Positions 30,241-38,281 of a stretch of DNA of 64,000 nt are shown here, piece by piece. Source of the DNA: a bacterium (GTDB lineage Bacteria > Zhuqueibacterota > Zhuqueibacteria > Residuimicrobiales > Krinioviventaceae); contig CAXXMD010000003.1 in assembly GCA_963675755.2 (NCBI GenBank), forward strand, positions 1-64,000, written 5' to 3'. Positions within the stretch are counted from its first letter, which is position 1. Every line of letters starts with the position of its first letter. The notes under the pieces are model-generated. The model was not told the origin of the DNA, did not search any database, and saw only the letters and a list, made by a program, of their open reading frames with translations. Position numbers and translations under genes: made by a program.

Positions 30241-32556
30241 TTATTCATACCTCAACGCCTCGACTGGATTCGCTGTAGCCGTCTTGATAACCTGCCAACT
30301 GGTTGTCATTAATGCAACGGATATGGCTGCAACACCCGAGATAGCGAATATCCACCAGCCCAGCTCAGTACGATAAGCAAAGCTCTCAAGCCATTTGTTC
30401 ATGATATACCAGCTCACCGGTACAGCGATAATAAAAGCAATAGCAGTCCATTTCAGCATGTCCCGGTTAAGCAGGACTGTTATCTCCCGCACAGATGCAC
30501 CGTTCACCTTGCGAATGCCTACCTCTTTTGCACGACGACGAGTCGTAAACTGAACCACACCAAAAGTACCCATAGCTGTGATCAGCAGGGCAATTACAGA
30601 AAAAATCCGGATTGCGAATCCCAGTCTTTCTTCAGATTTATACATGGCATCATACCATTCGTCATAAAAAGAATATTCTAATACAAATTCAGGACATACC
30701 TCGCCCCAAACGTTCTTGATATAATCCAAAGTACCGGAAATATTATCAGGCGCAATTCGCAAAGAAAGCCAGGTATAATAGCTGTCCTGGTCATAAGCAA
30801 AGAATACCGGTCCAAGCGTTTTGTACATATTCTTTGTGTGAAAATCTTTAACAACACCAATAACATCATTACCGTTTATTTTTTTACCCTCAATCGACTC
30901 CCAATTCACCAGTTTTCTGGCAGATTCATTAATAATAATGACATTGTTTTTCTCTGTAGTATTAAAATTTCTTCCTTCAATGACTGGCACATCAAACACA
31001 TTGAAAAAATCTGTATCCACCAAAAACATGGAAACACTCTGGTCCCAGGTCCCCAGCTCCTTTGCCTCATTCCAACCGCAAGACATGTATACTGCACCGG
31101 GTCCGCTGTTTGAACAGGTAACATGATATACTTGCGGAGATTCTATAATTTTCTGTTTCAACAATGGGAGTTTATCTTTGATCCGCCATGAAGTTTCAAT
31201 TTTGACCAGACAATCTTTATCAAATCCCCAATCCATATTTTTAACATGCTTCATCTGTAGACCGATCACTATCAATGCCGTGATCAAAATTATACTAACC
31301 GTATACTGCACGGTCAGTAATCCCGACTTGATCTTGAGCGCATTACCGTCTACATTGCGGAACATGGAGAGAACAGAGTAACGCGATGCCAGTATCGCAG
31401 GGAACAATCCCGCCAACACTGAGATCAGGATCAAGCCCGCAGGAATCAACAGAACCGTCGGCATAGAGTATATATAATTCATATCAAAAGATTTATTGAC
31501 AATGGACTCAAACAAGGGCTTGGTCAATCCGGACAATAAAATAGCTGCTAAAAGTGATATGGTGCCAATCAAAACAGATTCCAAAATAAATTGAAAAAAG
31601 ATGGCTTTACTTCCAGCACCCACAGTTTTCTTGGTACCAATCTCTTTTATCCTTGTCATATACTGCGCTGTAAATAATACAACAAAATTTAAAATCGAGA
31701 TCAACAGAACCAACAGGGCAATTGCACCTAGAATCCGGATCAACCTCAAATTGGCATGCATTAAATGGCTGTTGTCCCTGACATCACTAAAATAAGAGTC
31801 TTTCAGCGGCATCAGGCTTACCGCTTCTTTAACCATATTATGCTCAACCAAATGCGCGGACAGTTTATCATTAACTGCCGTAACATCACTGCCAGGCTCA
31901 AGCAGCACAAAATATCGGTTAAAGTATATAATCTTGTCACCATCTGAATAACTGTTTACTACAGATTTCAGATCTCTGTGAATAATTGTTTTTGGCTGAA
32001 AGCTTGAATTCTCTGGCAGGGATTTGATTACAGCACTCACGGTCAAATCATTTTTATGATAAACGGTTACCGGCTCACCAACCGGGTTCCGCTCTCCAAA
32101 TATTTTTTGTGCAATTTCTTCAGTTAAAATAATAGAATTCATATCGCTCAGAGCAGTCTCTTTGTTACCATATACAAAATCCACATCAAAAATATCAAAG
32201 AATGATGGTTCGGTATGCAGAATTTGATTGACCTTGGTTGAATGCAGATTATATGTCAGTGCTCCCCGAAAATTAATAAAATAGTTATATCGGCATACAT
32301 TTTCAATTTCAGGGAAATCATAGGTCAGATAATCAATTGCATCTTCATTGATATCGCTCTCGCCATCATCTTTGATCATCCGATAAATACGGTCGACTTT
32401 GCTGAAACTCTTGTCATACGACAATTCATTAAACACAAAAGCGGATAACAGCAGAACCACTGTCAGGCTCAGCGTAAATCCTGATATGGTAATGACCGAA
32501 AATGTCTTGTTCCTGATCAAATTGCGATAAAACAACCGAAAAAAATGGATCATCAT
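30241..32556 (-). CDS. ABC transporter permease, MacB/FtsX family (first of the array in transcription order)
   Basis: Start MMIHFF at 32556 (GGGAG upstream; ORF extends to 32583); RRAKEVGIRKVNGA, NPVEALRYE. Confidence 0.95.
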   Translation of the reverse strand: MMIHFFRLFYRNLIRNKTFSVITISGFTLSLTVVLLLSAFVFNELSYDKSFSKVDRIYRMIKDDGESDINEDAIDYLTYDFPEIENVCRYNYFINFRGALTYNLHSTKVNQILHTEPSFFDIFDVDFVYGNKETALSDMNSIILTEEIAQKIFGERNPVGEPVTVYHKNDLTVSAVIKSLPENSSFQPKTIIHRDLKSVVNSYSDGDKIIYFNRYFVLLEPGSDVTAVNDKLSAHLVEHNMVKEAVSLMPLKDSYFSDVRDNSHLMHANLRLIRILGAIALLVLLISILNFVVLFTAQYMTRIKEIGTKKTVGAGSKAIFFQFILESVLIGTISLLAAILLSGLTKPLFESIVNKSFDMNYIYSMPTVLLIPAGLILISVLAGLFPAILASRYSVLSMFRNVDGNALKIKSGLLTVQYTVSIILITALIVIGLQMKHVKNMDWGFDKDCLVKIETSWRIKDKLPLLKQKIIESPQVYHVTCSNSGPGAVYMSCGWNEAKELGTWDQSVSMFLVDTDFFNVFDVPVIEGRNFNTTEKNNVIIINESARKLVNWESIEGKKINGNDVIGVVKDFHTKNMYKTLGPVFFAYDQDSYYTWLSLRIAPDNISGTLDYIKNVWGEVCPEFVLEYSFYDEWYDAMYKSEERLGFAIRIFSVIALLITAMGTFGVVQFTTRRRAKEVGIRKVNGASVREITVLLNRDMLKWTAIAFIIAVPVSWYIMNKWLESFAYRTELGWWIFAISGVAAISVALMTTSWQVIKTATANPVEALRYE

Positions 32557-32624
32557 TTCTCCCAAAATTAATCTATATACCAAATCAACACATCTATTCT
32601 GTTATACATCATAATTAACTAACT

Positions 32625-32716
32625 ATAGTTATCAGCCGTCAGTTTTCAGTTTTTAGAATACTAATTCCAATCCACAGATTTTCTTACTGATTACTGACTA
32701 CTGATAACTGACAACT
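32625..32716. repeat. Inverted pair of 7-bp ACTGA-class arms (hairpin element)
   Basis: atagtta-tcagccg-tcagttt-tcagttt-ttag ... ttactga-ttactga-ctactga-taactga-caact. Confidence 0.9.
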
Positions 32717-32721
32717 TTTCT

Positions 32722-33411
32722 TTACACATGAAACTGATTGCGCATATTCTCGGTTACGACTTTACCATCGAACAGATGCACAATCCGGTTGCTGAATTCC
32801 GCGTACGTCGGCGAGTGGGTTACCATCACAATGGTAGTGCCTTTATCATTCAGCTCGGTAAGTATGCTCATTACTTCGTCACCATGACGTGAATCGAGAT
32901 TACCGGTCGGTTCATCCGCGAGGATCACTTTGGGGTCTGCCACAACCGCGCGCGCAACCGCTACACGTTGCTGCTGACCACCGGACAATTGCTGCGGAAA
33001 GTGGTTTTTCCGGTGCATGATCTGCATATATTCCATGGCATGCTCTACCCGTTCTTTGCGTTCTTTGGCCGGGACTTTCATATACAACAGCGGCAGTTCA
33101 ATGTTCTCAAACACTGTCAATTCATCGATCAGGTTAAAAGATTGAAAGATGAATCCAATGTTGCCTTTGCGCAGGTTGGCGCGTTGACGTTCATTGTATT
33201 TGGCAACATTCTCACCATTGAAAAAATAATCACCACCGTCTATAGTATCAATCAAGCCAATTACATTTAGCAGCGTCGACTTGCCACACCCTGATGGCCC
33301 CATAATGGCCACAAACTCGCCCTCATTGGCCTGGAAATTAATATTGTTCAGCGCTGCCGTCTCAATCTCATCCGTACGATAGACTTTGTTAAGATTTGTT
33401 GTTTTGATCAT
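32722..33411 (-). CDS. ABC transporter ATP-binding protein, LolD/MacB family
   Basis: Walker A GPSGCGKST, signature LSGGQQQR, Walker B ILADEPTGNLD, VTH switch. Confidence 0.97.
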   Translation of the reverse strand: MIKTTNLNKVYRTDEIETAALNNINFQANEGEFVAIMGPSGCGKSTLLNVIGLIDTIDGGDYFFNGENVAKYNERQRANLRKGNIGFIFQSFNLIDELTVFENIELPLLYMKVPAKERKERVEHAMEYMQIMHRKNHFPQQLSGGQQQRVAVARAVVADPKVILADEPTGNLDSRHGDEVMSILTELNDKGTTIVMVTHSPTYAEFSNRIVHLFDGKVVTENMRNQFHV

Positions 33412-33481
33412 TTTTGATTCCTTTATCTATGCTAGCAAAAATTGATTTTTTATTTTTATTCTTGTTAATACAATCTATCTA

Positions 33482-33514
33482 AAAGCTTTCAGCTGTTAGC
33501 TATCAGCTCTCAGC
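33482..33514. repeat. 7-bp AGC-class arm downstream of, and overlapping the end of, the four-helix-bundle gene
   Basis: aaagctt-tcagctg-ttagcta-tcagctc-tcagc; supplies the last codons and the TGA stop. Confidence 0.88.
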
Positions 33515-33862
33515 CTTTAGTCGTGTAATTAATGCTGCAAGCATACGCTTTACATCATTTAATGAGTCAGATGTCTTTTTGTAATTCAATTCATCTATAT
33601 ATTCCAAATCCTTTGATAACAACAACTGATAATCTAACTCACTAGCGGAGCCCGAAGCTATGAATAAAAACCTGCTGAATTCTGCATCACTGCTTCGACA
33701 ACAACCTTCCGCTATATTCGAAGGTATTGATACTGCACTTCGTCTCATTTGACTTGAAAGTCCAAATAATTCCTCTTTTGGAAATGCTTTTGTCAACTTA
33801 TATACTTCCATCACAACTTTATGGCTTTTCTTCCACACCTTTAAATTCCTAAAATCCTGCAT
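33503..33862 (-). CDS. Four-helix-bundle protein (23S rRNA-IVP / TIGR02436 family, Avd-like fold)
   Basis: 119 aa; family motifs FRNLKVW, FPKEELFGLSSQMRRSAVSIPSNIAEG, IASGSASEL; RBS GGAGG. Confidence 0.95.
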   Translation of the reverse strand: MQDFRNLKVWKKSHKVVMEVYKLTKAFPKEELFGLSSQMRRSAVSIPSNIAEGCCRSSDAEFSRFLFIASGSASELDYQLLLSKDLEYIDELNYKKTSDSLNDVKRMLAALITRLKAES

Positions 33863-33882
33863 TCAACTCCCCTCCTGTTTTT

Positions 33883-33973
33883 CTGATAGCTTATAGCTGA
33901 TAGCTTACAGCTTTAATTCCCGTCTATCGTTTCATATCTTCTGTCTGCCGTTTCACATCTCCCATCTGCCGTC
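33883..33973. repeat. AGC-class arm (33883-33913) plus CGT-class arm (33917-33973)
   Basis: ctgatag-cttatag-ctgatag-cttacag-ctt; ttcccgt-ctatcgt-ttcatat-cttctgt-ctgccgt-ttcacat-ctcccat-ctgccgt, abutting the stop at 33974. Confidence 0.9.
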
Positions 33974-35224
33974 TTACTTTAACACAAGCACATCAATATC
34001 CCCAAACGTCTCATATGACGAAGTGATGACATTTTCACCCGGCTCAAGCCCTTCAAGCACTTCATAGTCGCGGGTGTTTTGGCGGCCAATCCGGATGTCA
34101 CGCTTACGTGCGGTGCTGCCGTCATCATCAACCACATATACCCACTGCCCGCCGGTAGAACTGTAAAATCCGCCAGTAGCCAGCAAAAGAGCTTCCGAAA
34201 GATCACCCAGCGCCAATCGGATATGTACCGTCTGACCACGACGTATACCTTCCGGTTCAGCTCCAACAAATTCCATATCCACTTCAAATCGGCCTTCAAG
34301 CACTTCGGGATAGATTTTTTTGATTACCAGCTTGTGGTCCTTGCCCGCAAAAGTAAACTCGCCGGTCTGACCGGGAGAAATACGTGCAATATAATGCTCA
34401 TCCACCTGCACACGGATCTTGAATCCGTCCAGAACATCGATCTGGCCCAGTCGCTCACCGCGTGTCTTGGATTCTCCAATCTCGGCATTCAGGGATGTCA
34501 AATTTCCGGTGATGGGTGCGCGCAATGTCAGGTTTTCCATATTCTGCTTAACCAGATCAAGATTATCTTCCATACGTTTCAAAGACGCTTCAAGTTGCAG
34601 TACCTGCGCCTCACGATACAACGAATCCTGCTTGTGCGACGCCAAAGTCAACTCACGCTTTTTGGCAAGATATTCGTAATTGTCCCGCGCTTCTTCATAC
34701 TCTTTATCAGAGATCAATTTTTTATCCAACAATTCCTGTGCGCGATCATAGGTCCGTCTTTGCATTCTCAGACTATAATCCAGTTCCAGCAGTTGGGCTT
34801 GCAGACTGAGACGTTTTTCTTCCATGCTCAAACGGGTATTACGCAGATTATTGCTCTGAGCAAAAAGCTCCGCTTCACGATACATAATATCCATGATCAA
34901 ATCGGTATTGGTAAGCTGTAAAATGCTATCACCTTTTTGCACAAAGGTACCCGCTTCCAAAAATTTCGTCTCCACACGGCCGCCTTCAATGGCATCCAGA
35001 TAAATCGTAGTAATGGGAATCACTGTGCCCGTCACCGGAATAAATTCCTGAAACTTGTCCTGCTTTACGGTGGATATGGTAATACGCTCGGCCTGAACAT
35101 TCAGTCTTGAACTGTGATCGCTGAACAACAACTGGTACAAAACAAATATAATAAATACTCCGCCTGCTGCAGTCATTGCAATTTTCTTTGGCGGCCACTT
35201 TTTCTTTTGAATAACTCGATCCAT
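33974..35224 (-). CDS. Efflux membrane-fusion (periplasmic adaptor) protein, HlyD/MacA family
   Basis: 416 aa; N-terminal TM, lipoyl halves (EGGRVE, LRAPITG), coiled coil, EVLEGLEPGENVITS. Confidence 0.93.
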   Translation of the reverse strand: MDRVIQKKKWPPKKIAMTAAGGVFIIFVLYQLLFSDHSSRLNVQAERITISTVKQDKFQEFIPVTGTVIPITTIYLDAIEGGRVETKFLEAGTFVQKGDSILQLTNTDLIMDIMYREAELFAQSNNLRNTRLSMEEKRLSLQAQLLELDYSLRMQRRTYDRAQELLDKKLISDKEYEEARDNYEYLAKKRELTLASHKQDSLYREAQVLQLEASLKRMEDNLDLVKQNMENLTLRAPITGNLTSLNAEIGESKTRGERLGQIDVLDGFKIRVQVDEHYIARISPGQTGEFTFAGKDHKLVIKKIYPEVLEGRFEVDMEFVGAEPEGIRRGQTVHIRLALGDLSEALLLATGGFYSSTGGQWVYVVDDDGSTARKRDIRIGRQNTRDYEVLEGLEPGENVITSSYETFGDIDVLVLK

Positions 35225-35262
35225 TTTCTTTCCCGATATTGGTATTATTTTTGAACGTATAA

Positions 35263-35278
35263 AGCATAAAGCGTGCCA
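35263..35278 (-). promoter_or_regulatory. Sigma-54 -24/-12 promoter for the MFP-ATPase-permease unit
   Basis: Minus strand TGGCAC-GCTTT-ATGCT versus consensus TGGCAC-N5-TTGC; adjacent to a sigma-54 activator gene. Confidence 0.8.
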
Positions 35279-35332
35279 ATACTGTTTTTATTGAACTTAT
35301 GCACATTTTCAAACGCTCAAATTAGCCGCTTT

Positions 35333-35369
35333 TATCCGATATCAGACAAACAGTGTCCGATATCGGACA
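35333..35369. promoter_or_regulatory. Tandem palindromic enhancer (UAS) sites
   Basis: Perfect palindrome TGTCCGATATCGGACA (35354-35369, TGT-N10-ACA form) and imperfect copy TATCCGATATCAGACA (35333-35348), 21 bp apart. Confidence 0.78.
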
Positions 35370-35465
35370 TTAAATCATTTGCAAAGAACAGGATTATTCT
35401 TATATTATCCCGTAACCCTTTGCAAATTACCAAACAAACCTAAAAACAATATACAAGGATTTGCA

Positions 35466-36836
35466 ATGGACCCTCTGGGTAAAATACTGGTTGTGGATGA
35501 CAATAAAGACATCCTTACCGCGGCAAAACTGCTGCTCAAACAAAACAGCGCGCTCGTTCATATCGAAGACGATCCCGAGCGCATTCCCCAACTGCTCAAA
35601 AACGAACACTATGATATTATTCTGCTGGATATGAACTTTACCCGCGATATGACCAGCGGCTCGGAAGGATTCTTTTGGCTGGAAGAGATCCACAAAATCG
35701 ATCCCTCGGTAATCGTTATTCTCATGACCGCCTATGGAGATGTGGACCTTGCCGTGCGCGCCATGAAAGCCGGCGCAACGGATTTTATAATGAAACCCTG
35801 GCAGAACGAAAAACTGCAGGCAACCCTTTCGGTTGCCATGAACCTGAGAAATTCGCGTCTGGAAATCGATAAACTCCGCTCCCGCCAGCAGCAAATGAGC
35901 GACGACATGGACCAGCGTTTTCACGAGATGATCGGCTCGTGTCCCCCCATGCAGCGCGTATTCGATGCCATAACCAAAGTAGCCGCAACAGATGCCAATG
36001 TGCTCATTATGGGCGAAAACGGCACCGGTAAGGAACTGGTTGCCCGTGCCCTGCACCGGCAATCCCTGCGCAATGACGATGTCTTTATCAGCGTTGATAT
36101 GGGCGCCATTCCCGAAACCCTGTTCGAGAGCCAGTTGTTCGGCCATGTCAAAGGTGCGTTTACCGATGCCAGACAGGATAAACCCGGACGTTTTGAGATT
36201 GCCTCGGGCGGCACCCTGTTCCTGGACGAGATCGGCAACCTGCCCCTCTCCATGCAGGCTAAACTACTGCGTGTGCTCGAAGAGCGCAAGATCTTGCGCG
36301 TGGGCTCTAACAAGTCCCGCGATATTGATATTCGCCTCATCTGCGCTACCAACATGCCGCTTTACGAAATGACCGAGGATAAGAGTTTCCGGCAGGACTT
36401 TCTCTACCGCATCAACACCGTAGAGATCCATTTGCCGCCCCTGCGTGACCGCCAGGAAGACATTCCCCAGCTGGTGGACCATTTTCTGCAATACTATGCG
36501 AAAAAATATAAAAAATCCATAAAACGTATCAGCACCGGCGCCATGACCAAACTGCAAACCTATCACTGGCCAGGTAATATCCGGGAACTGCGCCATGCGC
36601 TTGAACGAGCTGTTATCATGAGCGACAGCCCCGCGCTGCAGCCCGGCGATTTCATGATGCAGGAAGCAAAATCCGGTGACGGATTCAGTCTTGACACCTA
36701 TAATCTGGACGATATCGAAAAATCTGTTATCCGCAAAGCACTTGATCTCAGTGGCGACAATATCAGCCAGGCCGCTTCCAAACTGGGTATTACCCGCTCC
36801 TCACTCTACCGCAGGATGGAAAAGCATGGTCTATAG
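35466..36836 (+). CDS. Sigma-54-dependent response regulator (NtrC family: REC-AAA+-Fis HTH)
   Basis: ILVVDD, LLDMNF, GENGTGKE, GAFTDA, LFLDEI, WPGNIREL, C-terminal HTH; start MDPLGK after AAGGA. Confidence 0.96.
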   Translation: MDPLGKILVVDDNKDILTAAKLLLKQNSALVHIEDDPERIPQLLKNEHYDIILLDMNFTRDMTSGSEGFFWLEEIHKIDPSVIVILMTAYGDVDLAVRAMKAGATDFIMKPWQNEKLQATLSVAMNLRNSRLEIDKLRSRQQQMSDDMDQRFHEMIGSCPPMQRVFDAITKVAATDANVLIMGENGTGKELVARALHRQSLRNDDVFISVDMGAIPETLFESQLFGHVKGAFTDARQDKPGRFEIASGGTLFLDEIGNLPLSMQAKLLRVLEERKILRVGSNKSRDIDIRLICATNMPLYEMTEDKSFRQDFLYRINTVEIHLPPLRDRQEDIPQLVDHFLQYYAKKYKKSIKRISTGAMTKLQTYHWPGNIRELRHALERAVIMSDSPALQPGDFMMQEAKSGDGFSLDTYNLDDIEKSVIRKALDLSGDNISQAASKLGITRSSLYRRMEKHGL

Positions 36837-38172
36837 GCGTTTTCGCATACTGGTGGTTTTACGCGTGATATTTCTCACCCTTACCCTGCTTGCGCTGGTG
36901 TGGACGTGGCAAAATACCAGCATTTTGGGAATCCCCATCATCCTTTTGCTGCTTGCTGTCTGGCAGGTTATCAGCCTGGTCCGGTTTGTAGATTATACCA
37001 ACACCGAGCTAGCCCGGTTCTTTGAGGCCCTGCGCTATTCAGATTTTACCCGCAATATGGCACCCCGCTTAAAAGGCGCGGGATTCCGGGAGCTCAACAC
37101 CGCGCTGAACGGAGTGGTTGAACAGATTAAACAAAACCGCGAGGAAAAAGAAGAGCAGTACCGCTATTTGCAGACCATTGTACAACACATTGGTATTGGC
37201 CTGATCGTGTTTGACGATACCGGCAAAGTAGACCTGGTTAACAATGCCGCCCGGCGCATCCTCAACATGTCCAACATTCGCAGTATTGAAAAACTGAAAT
37301 CCTTTGACACAGGACTCGCGGACCGCATCACCTCCCTCTCGCATGGAGAGCGCGCCATATTGAAGATCCGGGTCAATGACGAGCTCCAGCAGATGATGAT
37401 TTTCGTAACCGATTTTGTCATGCGTCATCGCAATTTTCGACTCATCTCGTTCCAGAACATTCAAAGCGAACTTGAAGAAAAAGAACTGGAAGCCTGGCAG
37501 AGCCTGATTCGGGTGCTCACGCACGAGATCATGAATTCCATCACCCCCATCTCGTCCCTGGCCTCTACCGCCAACTCGCTGCTCAATAACCGCGCGGAAA
37601 AAGAGCCGGCAGAAACCGATGAAACACTCACGGATGTGGGCCATGCCGTACAGACCATAGAGAATCGCAGCAAGGGATTGTTAAACTTTGTGGAAAATTA
37701 TCGCAAACTCACAAAGATCCCCAAACCCAACTATAAAATTCTGCCCGTCAGCAGCCTGTTCAACACCGCGCAATTGCTGTTCAAAGCCGAGATGGAATCC
37801 CGCAAAATCTCCTGTGAGGTAAACATTGACCCCAATCAATTGGAAATCACCGCCGATCCCGATCTGATCGAGCAGGTGCTCATCAATCTGGTCAAAAACG
37901 CCATTGAGGCAGTCAACAGCAGTCCCAATGGCCAACTGCGTTTCTCTGCCTATCTGGACCGCTACGGCAAGCCCTGCCTCGAGATCGCGGATAACGGCCC
38001 CGGCATCAACAAAGACGTCATTGACAATATATTCATCCCCTTTTTCACCACCAAAGCCAGCGGCTCAGGTATAGGACTCAGCCTCTCCCGCCAGATTATG
38101 CGCGTGCACGGAGGCAGCATCACCGCCCGCTCCACCAACAGCGAGACCGTGTTTACGCTGCGGTTTAAATAG
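36826..38172 (+). CDS. Sensor histidine kinase, NtrY-like (2 TM, PAS)
   Basis: H-box LTHEIMNSITPI, N-box NLVKNA, DNGPG, FFTTKASGSGIGL; start MVYRRF overlaps the regulator stop. Confidence 0.95.
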   Translation: MVYRRFRILVVLRVIFLTLTLLALVWTWQNTSILGIPIILLLLAVWQVISLVRFVDYTNTELARFFEALRYSDFTRNMAPRLKGAGFRELNTALNGVVEQIKQNREEKEEQYRYLQTIVQHIGIGLIVFDDTGKVDLVNNAARRILNMSNIRSIEKLKSFDTGLADRITSLSHGERAILKIRVNDELQQMMIFVTDFVMRHRNFRLISFQNIQSELEEKELEAWQSLIRVLTHEIMNSITPISSLASTANSLLNNRAEKEPAETDETLTDVGHAVQTIENRSKGLLNFVENYRKLTKIPKPNYKILPVSSLFNTAQLLFKAEMESRKISCEVNIDPNQLEITADPDLIEQVLINLVKNAIEAVNSSPNGQLRFSAYLDRYGKPCLEIADNGPGINKDVIDNIFIPFFTTKASGSGIGLSLSRQIMRVHGGSITARSTNSETVFTLRFK

Positions 38173-38258
38173 TTTTTTCTTGCTTGTTATCGCTAAAATT
38201 CATTTATTTGATTATACCTTTTTACAATTCGATATGGGGAGTTGCCTGGGTGGAAAGA

Positions 38259-38276
38259 TTGTCTGAATTAGGATTT
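38259..38276 (+). repeat. TTGTCTGAATTAGGATT repeat end (other copies ~39199, 39335, 40387, 42722, 42856; inverted copy 50233-50250)
   Basis: Direct comparison of the copies. Confidence 0.75.
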
Positions 38277-38281
38277 CTTGG

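Noticed and set aside
2947-32716. Heptamer hairpins as ordinary intrinsic terminators
   Set aside because: The stems are long, AU-rich, periodically mismatched and lack a consistent U-tract. Partial attenuation cannot be excluded.
25378-33862. Diversity-generating retroelement (Avd-like gene plus a 182-bp repeat pair as TR/VR)
   Set aside because: No reverse transcriptase in the window, both repeats are coding, and the mismatches are not confined to adenines of one copy (one is C/T).
33503-33862. 23S rRNA gene or true rRNA intervening sequence
   Set aside because: The family name is historical; the flanks are protein-coding and no rRNA sequence is visible.
34079-37935. Long antisense or alternative-frame ORFs (34079..34921, 35427..36146, 37069..37644 and others)
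   Set aside because: Shadow ORFs of well-supported, GC-richer genes, with no recognisable motifs.
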